Positions 20,063 through 29,333 of a DNA stretch of 64,000 nt are shown here, one piece after another; the stretch's first letter is position 1, and every line of letters begins with the position of its first letter. Under the pieces are notes generated by a model. The model searched no databases. It was given only the letters and a program-made list of their open reading frames with translations, and was not told the DNA's origin. A program made the translations under genes and the position numbers. The DNA lies in NCBI GenBank assembly GCA_963793425.1, contig CAWCAG010000007.1, forward strand, positions 736,001 to 800,000, read 5' to 3'. The stretch is from an uncultured cyanobacterium (GTDB lineage: Bacteria; Cyanobacteriota; Cyanobacteriia; Cyanobacteriales; CAWCAG01).

Positions 20063-22183
20063 CTAAATAGTAAATACTACTCCCGCACTTTCTTGAGAAA
20101 CTCTATTAACAGCACAAACAGCATAAGTACCAGAATTTAACTTGATTTCAGTAATTTGTAATGGTAAAGTTTGCTCTAATTTCCAATTGCCAGAAACTTG
20201 TTGATAAAGAGTCCAACCTTTTAAGTTTTGTGTGCCTCGATTCCAACTAACTCTACCATCTTCTACCTTAACTCCTGTAGGAATTTCGGGGGGAGTTAAC
20301 TTAGTATCTGGTAAAACAGGAACTAAGGTAGGTTGAGCATAAATAGCTGTTTGAAAACGGTCATTGACTCCTTGCAAATTCCTGGCAAAGGGTTTCATGT
20401 TGTAGTAAATATTCCCTGTAGCTTTTTGCAGAAAAAAGTCACGAGTAAGCTTGATTTGCTGTTCAATTTCTGTTACTGACCAAGCATTACCTTCTAACTT
20501 CGCCAGGTTATTACCCACATAAATATCTTTACCTCTGGGGTTATTTTCCGTCCACCATTTTAATAATACCGGATAGCTTTGTTGTCTTTGGGCAATTGAC
20601 CAATAGAGTTGCGGGGCAATATAATCTACCCAGCCTTCTGCAAGCCATTTTTTCGGGTCTGCATAAAGATCACCAAACTGATCTAGCCCGCTAATACCGG
20701 GAGGTTGTCCGGGACGATAGATGCCAAAAGGACTAATACCAAACCGGATATGAGGTTTGGCAGCGTGGATGCCCTCTCCAAGGCGTTTAACCATTTGGTT
20801 GACATTATCCCTACGCCAATCATCCCTAGATAAATTTCCCCCCTTGCCTTTGTAGGTGTTGTAGCTGTTATCGTCGGGGAAAGGTTTGCCGGAAATGGGA
20901 TAGGGATAAAAATAATCGTCTAAATGAATGCCATCCACATCATAACGTTGCACCACATCGATAATCACATTGTAGGTACGATCTTGCACTACCTTCAAAC
21001 CTGGGTCCATCCAACGTTGAGTTCCGTACTGATAAACTGCGCTAGGATAAACTGCATCGAGGTGTGGTTTAACATTAGGGGAAGTTTGAGAAGAAGTTTT
21101 AGCCCGGTAGGGGTTAAACCAAGCATGAATTTCAATACCCCGTTTGTGACCTTCTGCTACAGCGAATTCTAAGGGGTCATAATAGGGATTAGGGGCTTTA
21201 CCTTGAGTCCCCGTTAACCAAGCACTCCAGGGTTCTAATTGGGAGGCATAGAAGGCATCTCCCTCCGGACGTATTTGGAGAATGAGGGCGTTGAGATTGA
21301 GGCTATCGAGGCGATCTAGGATCGTAATTAATTCTTGCTTTTGTTCATTACTAGAAAGTCCTCGTTGAGAAGGCCAGTTGATATTCCAAATACCTGCAAC
21401 CCAAACCCCACGAAACTCCCGGCGATGTTGCAATTTAACGGTTTGGGGTAGGGGCTTTTTTGGGGGATAGGTAACAATCAAATCTGAGTTAATTGTGGGT
21501 ACGCCCCCCGCCAGGGTTAAAGCTTGGTAAATAAAAGCAACAACTTCGGCCCTCGTTGCTGGGGAATTAGGTTTGAGATTTTGTTGCCCTTGCCCATCTA
21601 CCACTAAACCTTTTAATGTGGCGATCGCAACTTGCTTTTTGGCGTAGTCAGGAATTTCTGTCCAATCTTGATAAACTTGCCATAACTGCACATCTTCTGC
21701 CCCAGCAGCTTGAATTCCTAAACCATTAACTAAAGAGAGAATTATTTGTACTGCCGTAACGGGTTCATTGGGACGAAATTCTTCTCCAGGGAAACCAGAA
21801 ATAAAACCCATCTCATAAGCTTTTTCGATGCCAGGTACAGCCCAATAACCGACAGGTACATCCTTGAAAGTAATCTTCTCTCGCTTACGGGGTAAACTAA
21901 AAGCAGTTCCCACCACCGCCGCAAATTGCGCCCGACTCATGGTTGCATCAGGGCGAAATGTACCATCAGGAAAGCCGTTAACAATTCTTTTTTTGGCCAA
22001 CCCTTCTATAAAAGGTTTTCCCCAATGATTCGCCAGATCCGAAAAAGTTCTTGGGGGAATATCTTCAATAATAATGGTAACTTTATGTTCCCCTGGGGGC
22101 AAACCCGGAGGCCATTGTACTGTTACCTTACCATCGGCACTAACAATAGCTTTTGTTTCAATAGTTCTCATTTCATTTAACAT
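20063..22183 (-). CDS. SLH-domain glycoside hydrolase (GHL10/DUF187, YddW/DigH-like)
   Basis: Three SLH repeats (GFPDGTFRPD..); REFRGVWV, HAWFNPYRA, YDVDGIHLDDYFYPY. Confidence 0.92.
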   Translation of the reverse strand: MLNEMRTIETKAIVSADGKVTVQWPPGLPPGEHKVTIIIEDIPPRTFSDLANHWGKPFIEGLAKKRIVNGFPDGTFRPDATMSRAQFAAVVGTAFSLPRKREKITFKDVPVGYWAVPGIEKAYEMGFISGFPGEEFRPNEPVTAVQIILSLVNGLGIQAAGAEDVQLWQVYQDWTEIPDYAKKQVAIATLKGLVVDGQGQQNLKPNSPATRAEVVAFIYQALTLAGGVPTINSDLIVTYPPKKPLPQTVKLQHRREFRGVWVAGIWNINWPSQRGLSSNEQKQELITILDRLDSLNLNALILQIRPEGDAFYASQLEPWSAWLTGTQGKAPNPYYDPLEFAVAEGHKRGIEIHAWFNPYRAKTSSQTSPNVKPHLDAVYPSAVYQYGTQRWMDPGLKVVQDRTYNVIIDVVQRYDVDGIHLDDYFYPYPISGKPFPDDNSYNTYKGKGGNLSRDDWRRDNVNQMVKRLGEGIHAAKPHIRFGISPFGIYRPGQPPGISGLDQFGDLYADPKKWLAEGWVDYIAPQLYWSIAQRQQSYPVLLKWWTENNPRGKDIYVGNNLAKLEGNAWSVTEIEQQIKLTRDFFLQKATGNIYYNMKPFARNLQGVNDRFQTAIYAQPTLVPVLPDTKLTPPEIPTGVKVEDGRVSWNRGTQNLKGWTLYQQVSGNWKLEQTLPLQITEIKLNSGTYAVCAVNRVSQESAGVVFTI

Positions 22184-22257
22184 TTAACGTTTAACATTTA
22201 TCAACGTAGGGGCAACCTGTTTTTCCCGTATCATCAACAAACTCATTTCCTTAATTA

Positions 22258-23583
22258 ATGAATAACAACAAAAAACAAATCTTCGGTTGGGTAATGTACG
22301 ATTGGGCTAACTCTGCCTATGTTACTACGGTATTAGTTGCTGTACTACCTGCTTATTTCGCCTCTGTAGTAGTTCCCGAAGGTGGAGTAACTATTGGCAA
22401 TACTGTCTATAGTGCTACTAGTCTTTGGGCTTTAGCGATTAGTTTTTCTGCTTTTTTGGTTTTACTTATTGCTCCAATTATGGGGGCGATCGCAGATTTT
22501 TCTGCGGTGAAAAAGAAGTTTTTACTAGCTTTTTGTTATCTTGGCAGTTTAGCTGCTTGTTTACTTTTTTTCTCCGGTGCAGGAGATGTTTGGCAAACTT
22601 TAGGCTTATTTATTATTGCCCAAATTGGCTTTGTTGCGGCCAACATTTTTTATGATGCTTTTTTACCAGAAATTGTTGCTGAAGATAAAATAGACTGGGT
22701 TTCTGGCCAAGGTTTTGCTTGTGGTTACATAGGAGGAGGTTTACAGTTTGCCCTTTCATTAGCATTAATTTCTCTCCATGAACAAATTGGTATTTCTGCT
22801 GCTTTAGCAGCTAAGTTAGCTATTTTGATGGCAGGTTTATGGTGGGGAGGTTTTGCTGTCATAACTTTTCTTTATTTAAAAGAATCTCCTACCGGCCAAA
22901 GTTTACCCCAAGAATATCGCAACTCTCCTAAATGGCAAGCTTATACCAAAGTTGGTTTATTACGAACTTTGGTAACTTTAAAAAAGGTCAAATTATTCAA
23001 ACATCTACTCTTATTTCTCATCGCCTATCTTATTTATAACAATGGTATCCAAACTGTTATCACTATGGCAACTATTTATGGTACAGAAGAATTAGGCTTT
23101 ACTACCAATGTCTTGATGGTAACGCTTCTAGTAATTCAGTTCGTTAGTATTATTGGAGCATTAGCTTTTAGTAAGCTAGCAGAATTTATTTCAGCAAAAA
23201 ATGCTTTAATGGTAACTTTGGTTGGTTGGTCATTTGTTGTTATCTATGCCTATTTCTTACAAACTCCCACCGAGTACTTTATTTTAGGAGGAATAGTTGG
23301 TTTAGTGCAGGGTGGTTCCCAATCCTTAAGTCGTTCTTTTTATGGTTCCTTGATTCCTCCTCAAGCTTCGGCAGAGTTTTATGGTTTTTATTCTGTATTT
23401 AATAAAGGTTCAGCTATTTTTGGCCCTTTATTGTTCGCTATTATTCGTCAGGTTACAGGTAGATCAAGAACTGCAATTATTTCTTTAATTGTTTTCTTTA
23501 TCCTAGGTTTGCTTCTTCTCGGTTTAGTTGATGTCAAAAAAGCTAGAGAAGCGAAGGACTCACCTTTATTTAGGAAGGCTTAA
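22258..23583 (+). CDS. MFS transporter (UMF1/Atg22-like)
   Basis: W.MYDWANSAY, about 12 TM helices, QSLSRSFY. Confidence 0.92.
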   Translation: MNNNKKQIFGWVMYDWANSAYVTTVLVAVLPAYFASVVVPEGGVTIGNTVYSATSLWALAISFSAFLVLLIAPIMGAIADFSAVKKKFLLAFCYLGSLAACLLFFSGAGDVWQTLGLFIIAQIGFVAANIFYDAFLPEIVAEDKIDWVSGQGFACGYIGGGLQFALSLALISLHEQIGISAALAAKLAILMAGLWWGGFAVITFLYLKESPTGQSLPQEYRNSPKWQAYTKVGLLRTLVTLKKVKLFKHLLLFLIAYLIYNNGIQTVITMATIYGTEELGFTTNVLMVTLLVIQFVSIIGALAFSKLAEFISAKNALMVTLVGWSFVVIYAYFLQTPTEYFILGGIVGLVQGGSQSLSRSFYGSLIPPQASAEFYGFYSVFNKGSAIFGPLLFAIIRQVTGRSRTAIISLIVFFILGLLLLGLVDVKKAREAKDSPLFRKA

Positions 23584-23709
23584 AATTTCTTATGCTTCAA
23601 AGATTAATAGATATTCCTAATACTTTAGCAAGTAGAGTAGATCATGTTCGCTTGAGTTCATGTTACCTAATATATTTTCCCTGACTTTGCGATCGCTCAA
23701 TAATAATCT

Positions 23710-24252
23710 TCAATTATGAGGGGAGTTTGAATAGCTAACTTGATAATGTAGCAAAACCACACCATTTTCATAAATTTTACTCTCAGTCAACTCTAAAGTA
23801 GTTTGCTTAACAACCCCAGAAAAAAGAGGAATACCTGAACCCATAATAAAAGGATTGATTTTCAAAACTATCTGATCAACTAATCCTTCTGTAAATAAAC
23901 TTGTTGCTAACTTTGCACCACCGCAAAGATAAATATCCTTGCCAGCTTTTTGCTTTAAACTTCTTACCATATTGGCAAATTTTTCCGAGACAATCTCCAC
24001 TTTAGGGTCAGGACTTGACCTCATTGTACGAGAAAAAACATAACTCTTCATGGTAGGGTAAGGATTAGTTTTACCTTCTTTCAAACCCATCTCATAAGTT
24101 TTTCGCCCCATCAAAACAGTATCAAACTGCTTTAGAGATTCGATGTAATCAGTAACAGGTTTCCCTTCAAAGAGAAAACCATCCCAGGAACCATCTTCAT
24201 GGGCTATAAAGCCATCAACACTACAGGCAACGTAATATTTTAATTTGCACAT
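23710..24252 (-). CDS. dihydrofolate reductase/RibD C-terminal family protein
   Basis: ACSVDGFIA, MGRKTYE, IYLCGGAKLA, GSGIPLF. Confidence 0.9.
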   Translation of the reverse strand: MCKLKYYVACSVDGFIAHEDGSWDGFLFEGKPVTDYIESLKQFDTVLMGRKTYEMGLKEGKTNPYPTMKSYVFSRTMRSSPDPKVEIVSEKFANMVRSLKQKAGKDIYLCGGAKLATSLFTEGLVDQIVLKINPFIMGSGIPLFSGVVKQTTLELTESKIYENGVVLLHYQVSYSNSPHN

Positions 24253-24325
24253 TTTCTTGATTTCGTTATATTTTTTAATTATCTCCAAAATTTAAAACAC
24301 ATTACACCCTTCGCAAAGATAATTA

Positions 24326-24946
24326 ATGACTACCGTCAATCCTTGGATATACTCCCTGATCTTACCTATTCATCGCGTTTTTATTGCTCTTTACTTCGGT
24401 CAAATTCGTATTATTGGTGAAGAGAATTTACCTGTTAATGGCCCTGTCGTACTTGCCCCGAAACATTACAGTCGTTACGACCCTTTAATCGTATCTTGTT
24501 TAAGTACAGAACCTCTTTATTATATGACCCATCACCACGAATTTGAAGAGTCCTATAGTTGGCTTTTAGAAAGATTAGGTGCATTTCCCGTCAACAGGGA
24601 AAAACCTTCTATTTCTAGTTTACGTTTACCCATAGAACTATTACAAGCAAAGAAAAAGTTGGTAGTTTTTCCTGAAGGCGGTATTGTCCGCGACCAACCT
24701 GTGAGAAAATTAAAATCAGGTTTAGCTCGCTTGGTTATGCAAGCAGAAACTTTAGCTCAAGATGATTTAACTATCCCTATTGTTCCTATCGGTTTAAGCT
24801 ACAAACCAGAAGCAGAAAAAGGAGCTAAGGTAATCATTAAAATTGCCCCTTCTTTGTTGATTGAAGAGTATCGTCAAGGGAAAGATAAAGAAACTGCTTC
24901 GGCGTTGACTCAGGCTTTAGAGGCAGCTTTGTTGGCTAATTGTTAA
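24326..24946 (+). CDS. lysophospholipid acyltransferase (Sll1752-like)
   Basis: HxxxxD (HYSRYD), GAFPVNR, VFPEGG. Confidence 0.88.
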   Translation: MTTVNPWIYSLILPIHRVFIALYFGQIRIIGEENLPVNGPVVLAPKHYSRYDPLIVSCLSTEPLYYMTHHHEFEESYSWLLERLGAFPVNREKPSISSLRLPIELLQAKKKLVVFPEGGIVRDQPVRKLKSGLARLVMQAETLAQDDLTIPIVPIGLSYKPEAEKGAKVIIKIAPSLLIEEYRQGKDKETASALTQALEAALLANC

Positions 24947-25208
24947 TTAATGTTTTTGAAAGATAATGAAGGGTCTAGTGGTCTGTCAATCTCGATAATA
25001 TGGGTTACTCGCTTTTTTATACCTTGTCCTAAAAGAGTTTTAGAGATTGTTAACGCACAAAAGCAAAAATGACAGACCACTAGAAGATAGGATAAAAGCA
25101 GGCTATAAAACGGAAAACCCTTGTTCCACACAAGTTATCGCTAATTTTGCCTATAATGAAGTTCCAAGTTAGGTTAAAATAGAATTAGGTTAAAGGATGC
25201 GATCGCTG

Positions 25209-26012
25209 ATGAAACTGCCTGACTATGAGCGAGTAATTTATAAGCGTAACCCATTGATAGAGGTTGTGTGTCAAGTTCGCTTTCCTACTATTTTGAAAAT
25301 TAGTAATCAAGATCCTGTTGAATTTCAAGATAGAGTACGTTTTGAATATCCTCTGTATGAAGTCCACAAATCTGTTAGTATTCCAGGAAATCAAAATGAG
25401 ATACTTCAGTTAGTTCAAAAAATAGGTTTACCTTTAAACTTTCAAGACACTACTTACAATTTCAGATCGGAAGATTCAAAGTGGCAAGTGTCATTAAATA
25501 AAGACTTTATTGCTCTAGCAACGACTAAATATGAAAGGTACGAAATATTCAAAGAAAAACTTCAAGAGGTAATAACAGTTTTTGATGACACATACAAGCC
25601 ATCTTTCTATTCAAGAGTTGATTTAAAGTACCAAGATTTAATTATTCGCTCTAACCTTAAACTCGACCAAAAGACAGACTGGAAATATTTAATTCCAGAG
25701 CATATTGCTCCTGAGTTTTATACACCAGAAATAGCGGACTCAGTAAAGGCATTTATGAAAAATGTGGAAATCGATGTTGAGTATGGTAGATTGCAATTTA
25801 AGCATGGCTTGGTGATGACACAAGATCCTGAAAAGGGAAAAAGCGAACCTGGATATTTGCTTGATGCTGATTTTTTTGTAGACCAAAAAACAAGGAGAGA
25901 AGATGTTTGGAATGTCCTCGATAAATTCAAGGAATCAGCAGGAAGATTGTTTAAATGGAGTATTACCGACAAACTCCATAATGCAATGGAACCCGAATCA
26001 ATCCACTCCTAA
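25209..26012 (+). CDS. TIGR04255 family protein
   Basis: N-terminal Y..NPLIEVVCQVRF, YERYE.F, R..L.Y.D, YLLD.D, F.WSITD motifs. Confidence 0.8.
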   Translation: MKLPDYERVIYKRNPLIEVVCQVRFPTILKISNQDPVEFQDRVRFEYPLYEVHKSVSIPGNQNEILQLVQKIGLPLNFQDTTYNFRSEDSKWQVSLNKDFIALATTKYERYEIFKEKLQEVITVFDDTYKPSFYSRVDLKYQDLIIRSNLKLDQKTDWKYLIPEHIAPEFYTPEIADSVKAFMKNVEIDVEYGRLQFKHGLVMTQDPEKGKSEPGYLLDADFFVDQKTRREDVWNVLDKFKESAGRLFKWSITDKLHNAMEPESIHS

Positions 26013-26355
26013 ACTAGACAGACTGAAACTAAGCCAAGGCGATATCTCTATTGTAGTCAGGCATTCATACAGTGAGCCTGAGCAACAAGCAATATCACCT
26101 ACGTTAGAAGTGAAGTTTTCCTACGAGAATTCAACAGAGTGTTTTGACTTTCTGAAATGTTTTCTTTTGCTTATTAAAATCACTCAACTTCCTTCGGAAG
26201 CAATTCAGGAATCTATAGAAACTTTAGAACAAATTGCAGATTTTTATAGCTATGATTCTTCTGAAGATTTATCATCAATAGTTACTTCAGAAATAGTATC
26301 AGGTGAAATTGTTACTACGGAAACTAAATCTCCCTTAGTTTTAAGTTGGGATTAA
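25981..26355 (+). CDS. small acidic hypothetical protein, overlapping the TIGR04255 gene
   Basis: ATG at 25981 overlaps the previous gene by 32 nt; ends 7 nt before the next gene. Confidence 0.65.
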   Translation: MQWNPNQSTPKLDRLKLSQGDISIVVRHSYSEPEQQAISPTLEVKFSYENSTECFDFLKCFLLLIKITQLPSEAIQESIETLEQIADFYSYDSSEDLSSIVTSEIVSGEIVTTETKSPLVLSWD

Positions 26356-26362
26356 TTTATTC

Positions 26363-26971
26363 ATGTCAGCAGATTTAATTTATAGGGTTTCTACTAAGGA
26401 ATCAGCACTAAGACAGGGAGAAATCTTAACAGGAGTAGTTCAATACAAACCTAAAATCGACCAGATAAATACTTCTGGATCAAGTAACATACCTTTTCAA
26501 AAGATAGTCCATCCTTATGCAATTATCGTCAGCCAAGACTGCGATTTAGATTGGGATTACGATGCTAGGCGCAATACCAAAGAAGATAAGTCTAAAGAAC
26601 ATAAACGACTTAACTCAATACTCCTATGTGAAGTTGATACAGCCAAAGCCATTAAAGACAACAAAAACAACAATATAAATAGTAAAGACTGGAACTATAT
26701 TAAGACAAATCGTCATCAGAGATATCATTTTTTTCAAGCAGTTACTTCAGAAATTGACTTAGACAAAAAAGGGTTACCAGAACTAACTTCGGATTCTAAG
26801 CAAGTCTTTGGAATAGACGCGGAGAACCTTTACTCTCAAATTAGAAACGGTCTGTCTAAACGACGGAGTATCCTTATAAGTCCTTATTTGGAACATTTCT
26901 CTGTCCGCTATCATTTCTTTCATCAAAGAGTAGCTTTGCCATCACCGATTACAAGTATTAAAGAAGGTTGA
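26363..26971 (+). CDS. hypothetical protein with LRQGEIL / IIVSQDCDL / SPYLEH motifs
   Basis: 202-aa ORF, third gene of a compact cassette. Confidence 0.75.
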   Translation: MSADLIYRVSTKESALRQGEILTGVVQYKPKIDQINTSGSSNIPFQKIVHPYAIIVSQDCDLDWDYDARRNTKEDKSKEHKRLNSILLCEVDTAKAIKDNKNNNINSKDWNYIKTNRHQRYHFFQAVTSEIDLDKKGLPELTSDSKQVFGIDAENLYSQIRNGLSKRRSILISPYLEHFSVRYHFFHQRVALPSPITSIKEG

Positions 26972-27059
26972 CATAGTTACCCGGAGTAATACTCCATTGT
27001 CAGAATAGTAAAGGGTCATTATTGTTGAATAAGTATCAAATTTCTATATTGTAAAAAAT

Positions 27060-28406
27060 ATGTCCCTATTAAGTAGATTGCGTTTAGGTTTAGCCGTTGG
27101 TATTGCTAAAACTGTCACTTCCTTAGTAAGGTTATTAAACTTAGGTGCAGCGAGTGTCTTACCGGGTGAAATTGCCCTGCGTATTCAACCCAAACTACTT
27201 TCTAAACTTTGTGATCAAGTCAAAGAAGGAGTTATCCTCGTTGTTGGCACTAACGGCAAAACTACTACTTCCCTGCTGTTACGCACTCTCATTGAAAGTC
27301 AAGGTTACAAGGTAGTTCACAATGAAACTGGCGCTAACTTAATTAATGGTTTGGCTACTGCTTTGTTAGGAAATAGTAACTTAATGGGGAATTTGCAAGC
27401 AGATTACGCCATTTTAGAAGTGGATGAGAATATTTTACCGATTATTTTGCGTTCCTGTGAACCTAAATATATTCTGGCCTTAAATTTGTTTCGAGATCAA
27501 TTAGATCGTTACGGGGAAGTAGACAGTATTAGCCATCGCTGGCAAAAAGCGATTACACCTTTATCTTCTAATACTACCGTAGTTCTTAATGGCGATGACC
27601 CCACTCTTTCCTATTTAGGGCAAAATTTAGCACAAAAAGTCCTCTTTTTTGGCTTAAGTGAACCAAAATTTTATCTTGATGAAATTCCCCATGCGGTAGA
27701 TTCAATTTATTGTCCCAGTTGTGGTGCTTCTTTAGAATATGAAGGAGTTTATCTTTCTCATTTAGGAGAATATAAATGTCCTAGTTGCGACTTTGCTAAA
27801 AGTAAACCTGCTATTAATAGTCAAGATTGGCCACAAATTCTCATCGGTGTTTACAACAAATACAATACCTTAGCCGCCGGATTATTGGCCCAAGAAATTG
27901 GTATTGAAACCAAAGAAATTTACAAGGTTGTTAAAGATTTCCGTGCCGCTTTTGGACGTGCCGAAGAATTAACAGTTAAAGGCAAAAAGGTGAGAATTCT
28001 ACTCTCTAAAAACCCTGTCGGTATGAATGAAACCATCCGGGCGGTTAATGATGTTAAAGCAGCAGGAAAATCCTCCACAACTTTGATGGTACTTAATGAT
28101 CGCATCCCCGATGGTACTGATGTTTCTTGGATTTGGGATGTAGATACAGAAAAGTTAGTTTCTTTGGGGGGAAATATTGTCGTTAGCGGCGATCGCATCT
28201 ACGATATGGCTTTAAGAATTAAGTATAGTCAAGAAAAGTTAGACCCAGAAGGGAAAGATTTACAACTTATTATGGAAGAAAACTTAGCCACAGCCATTGA
28301 TAAATCCTTGAATCTAACTTCCCCTGAAGAAACTCTACATATTGTACCCACTTACTCAGCAATGCTGGAAGTGAGAAAGTTATTAACAGGAAGAGAAATA
28401 CTTTAA
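27060..28406 (+). CDS. murT: MurT-like Mur ligase (lipid II amidation subunit, DUF1727)
   Basis: GTNGKTTT, NLFRDQLDRYGE, CPSC..CPSC zinc ribbon, DGTDVSWIWDVD. Confidence 0.88.
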   Translation: MSLLSRLRLGLAVGIAKTVTSLVRLLNLGAASVLPGEIALRIQPKLLSKLCDQVKEGVILVVGTNGKTTTSLLLRTLIESQGYKVVHNETGANLINGLATALLGNSNLMGNLQADYAILEVDENILPIILRSCEPKYILALNLFRDQLDRYGEVDSISHRWQKAITPLSSNTTVVLNGDDPTLSYLGQNLAQKVLFFGLSEPKFYLDEIPHAVDSIYCPSCGASLEYEGVYLSHLGEYKCPSCDFAKSKPAINSQDWPQILIGVYNKYNTLAAGLLAQEIGIETKEIYKVVKDFRAAFGRAEELTVKGKKVRILLSKNPVGMNETIRAVNDVKAAGKSSTTLMVLNDRIPDGTDVSWIWDVDTEKLVSLGGNIVVSGDRIYDMALRIKYSQEKLDPEGKDLQLIMEENLATAIDKSLNLTSPEETLHIVPTYSAMLEVRKLLTGREIL

Positions 28407-28407
28407 A

Positions 28408-29313
28408 TCAATGATCAGCTATCGATTTTCTAGCTAAATTGATTAAGAAAGCTGTAATAGTCACAGCAGCTACTAATAATATAAATGTCACCACTACTAA
28501 TGCCGCACCATAACCAAAATCAAGGTAGCGCATAATTGTTGAATAAATATAAATAGAAACAGTTTCTGTTGCCCCGGCTGGCCCTCCTCCTGTCATCACT
28601 TGTACTAGGTCAAAAATACCAAATGATTGGGCAAATCTAAACAGTAAAGCAATGAGAATTTGTGGCATAATTAAAGGTACAGTAATTTGCCAAAAACTCT
28701 GCCAAGGAGTTGCCCCATCAATAGAATGAGCCTCGTATAAATCTCCAGAAATTGATTGTAATCCGGCTAAAAGCAAAATACTAATAAAAGGTGTTGTTTT
28801 CCAAACATCAGCAATAACTAAAGCTAACATCGCTAAAGTAGGATTGCCTAACCAACTAATTCCTTCCTCAATTAATCCTAAGCGAAAAAGAAGATCATTA
28901 ACAATACCAAATTGGTCATTGAAAATCCAAGCCCAAGCTAAACCCATAACCGCAGTGGGTAAAGCCCAAGGAATAATTGAAATGGTACGAACAATTCCCC
29001 TACCCTTAAAAGATTGATTTAAAACTAAGGCAACTCCCATTCCCAAAATCAATTCAATGGTTACACTAGCTAAGGTAAAGATGCTAGTATTCCACATACT
29101 TTGCCAAAAACGCCCATCCCCAACCATACGAAAATAGTTAGTTAAACCCGCAAAAACTGGCTGTAATTGCGTACCAAGATTTTCAGTAAATAAGCTTAAC
29201 CAAAAAGCGCGACCAATGGGATAAGCAAATACTAAAAAAAGCAAAATTAAGGCAGGAATAACTAACATCCAACCTATTCTTTGTTCCCTTTCACGAATAA
29301 TATCTCGTGCCAT
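28408..29313 (-). CDS. carbohydrate ABC transporter permease
   Basis: PWALPT, DVWKTTPF, EAA-like loop LYEAHSIDGATPWQ. Confidence 0.93.
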   Translation of the reverse strand: MARDIIREREQRIGWMLVIPALILLFLVFAYPIGRAFWLSLFTENLGTQLQPVFAGLTNYFRMVGDGRFWQSMWNTSIFTLASVTIELILGMGVALVLNQSFKGRGIVRTISIIPWALPTAVMGLAWAWIFNDQFGIVNDLLFRLGLIEEGISWLGNPTLAMLALVIADVWKTTPFISILLLAGLQSISGDLYEAHSIDGATPWQSFWQITVPLIMPQILIALLFRFAQSFGIFDLVQVMTGGGPAGATETVSIYIYSTIMRYLDFGYGAALVVVTFILLVAAVTITAFLINLARKSIADH

Positions 29314-29333
29314 TTCTCACCTGTTATCTACTA

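Noticed and set aside
24943..25394. Minus-strand 62-aa and 69-aa ORFs near the TIGR04255 cassette
   Set aside because: No motifs; one is antisense to TIGR04255 and the other spans its probable promoter region.
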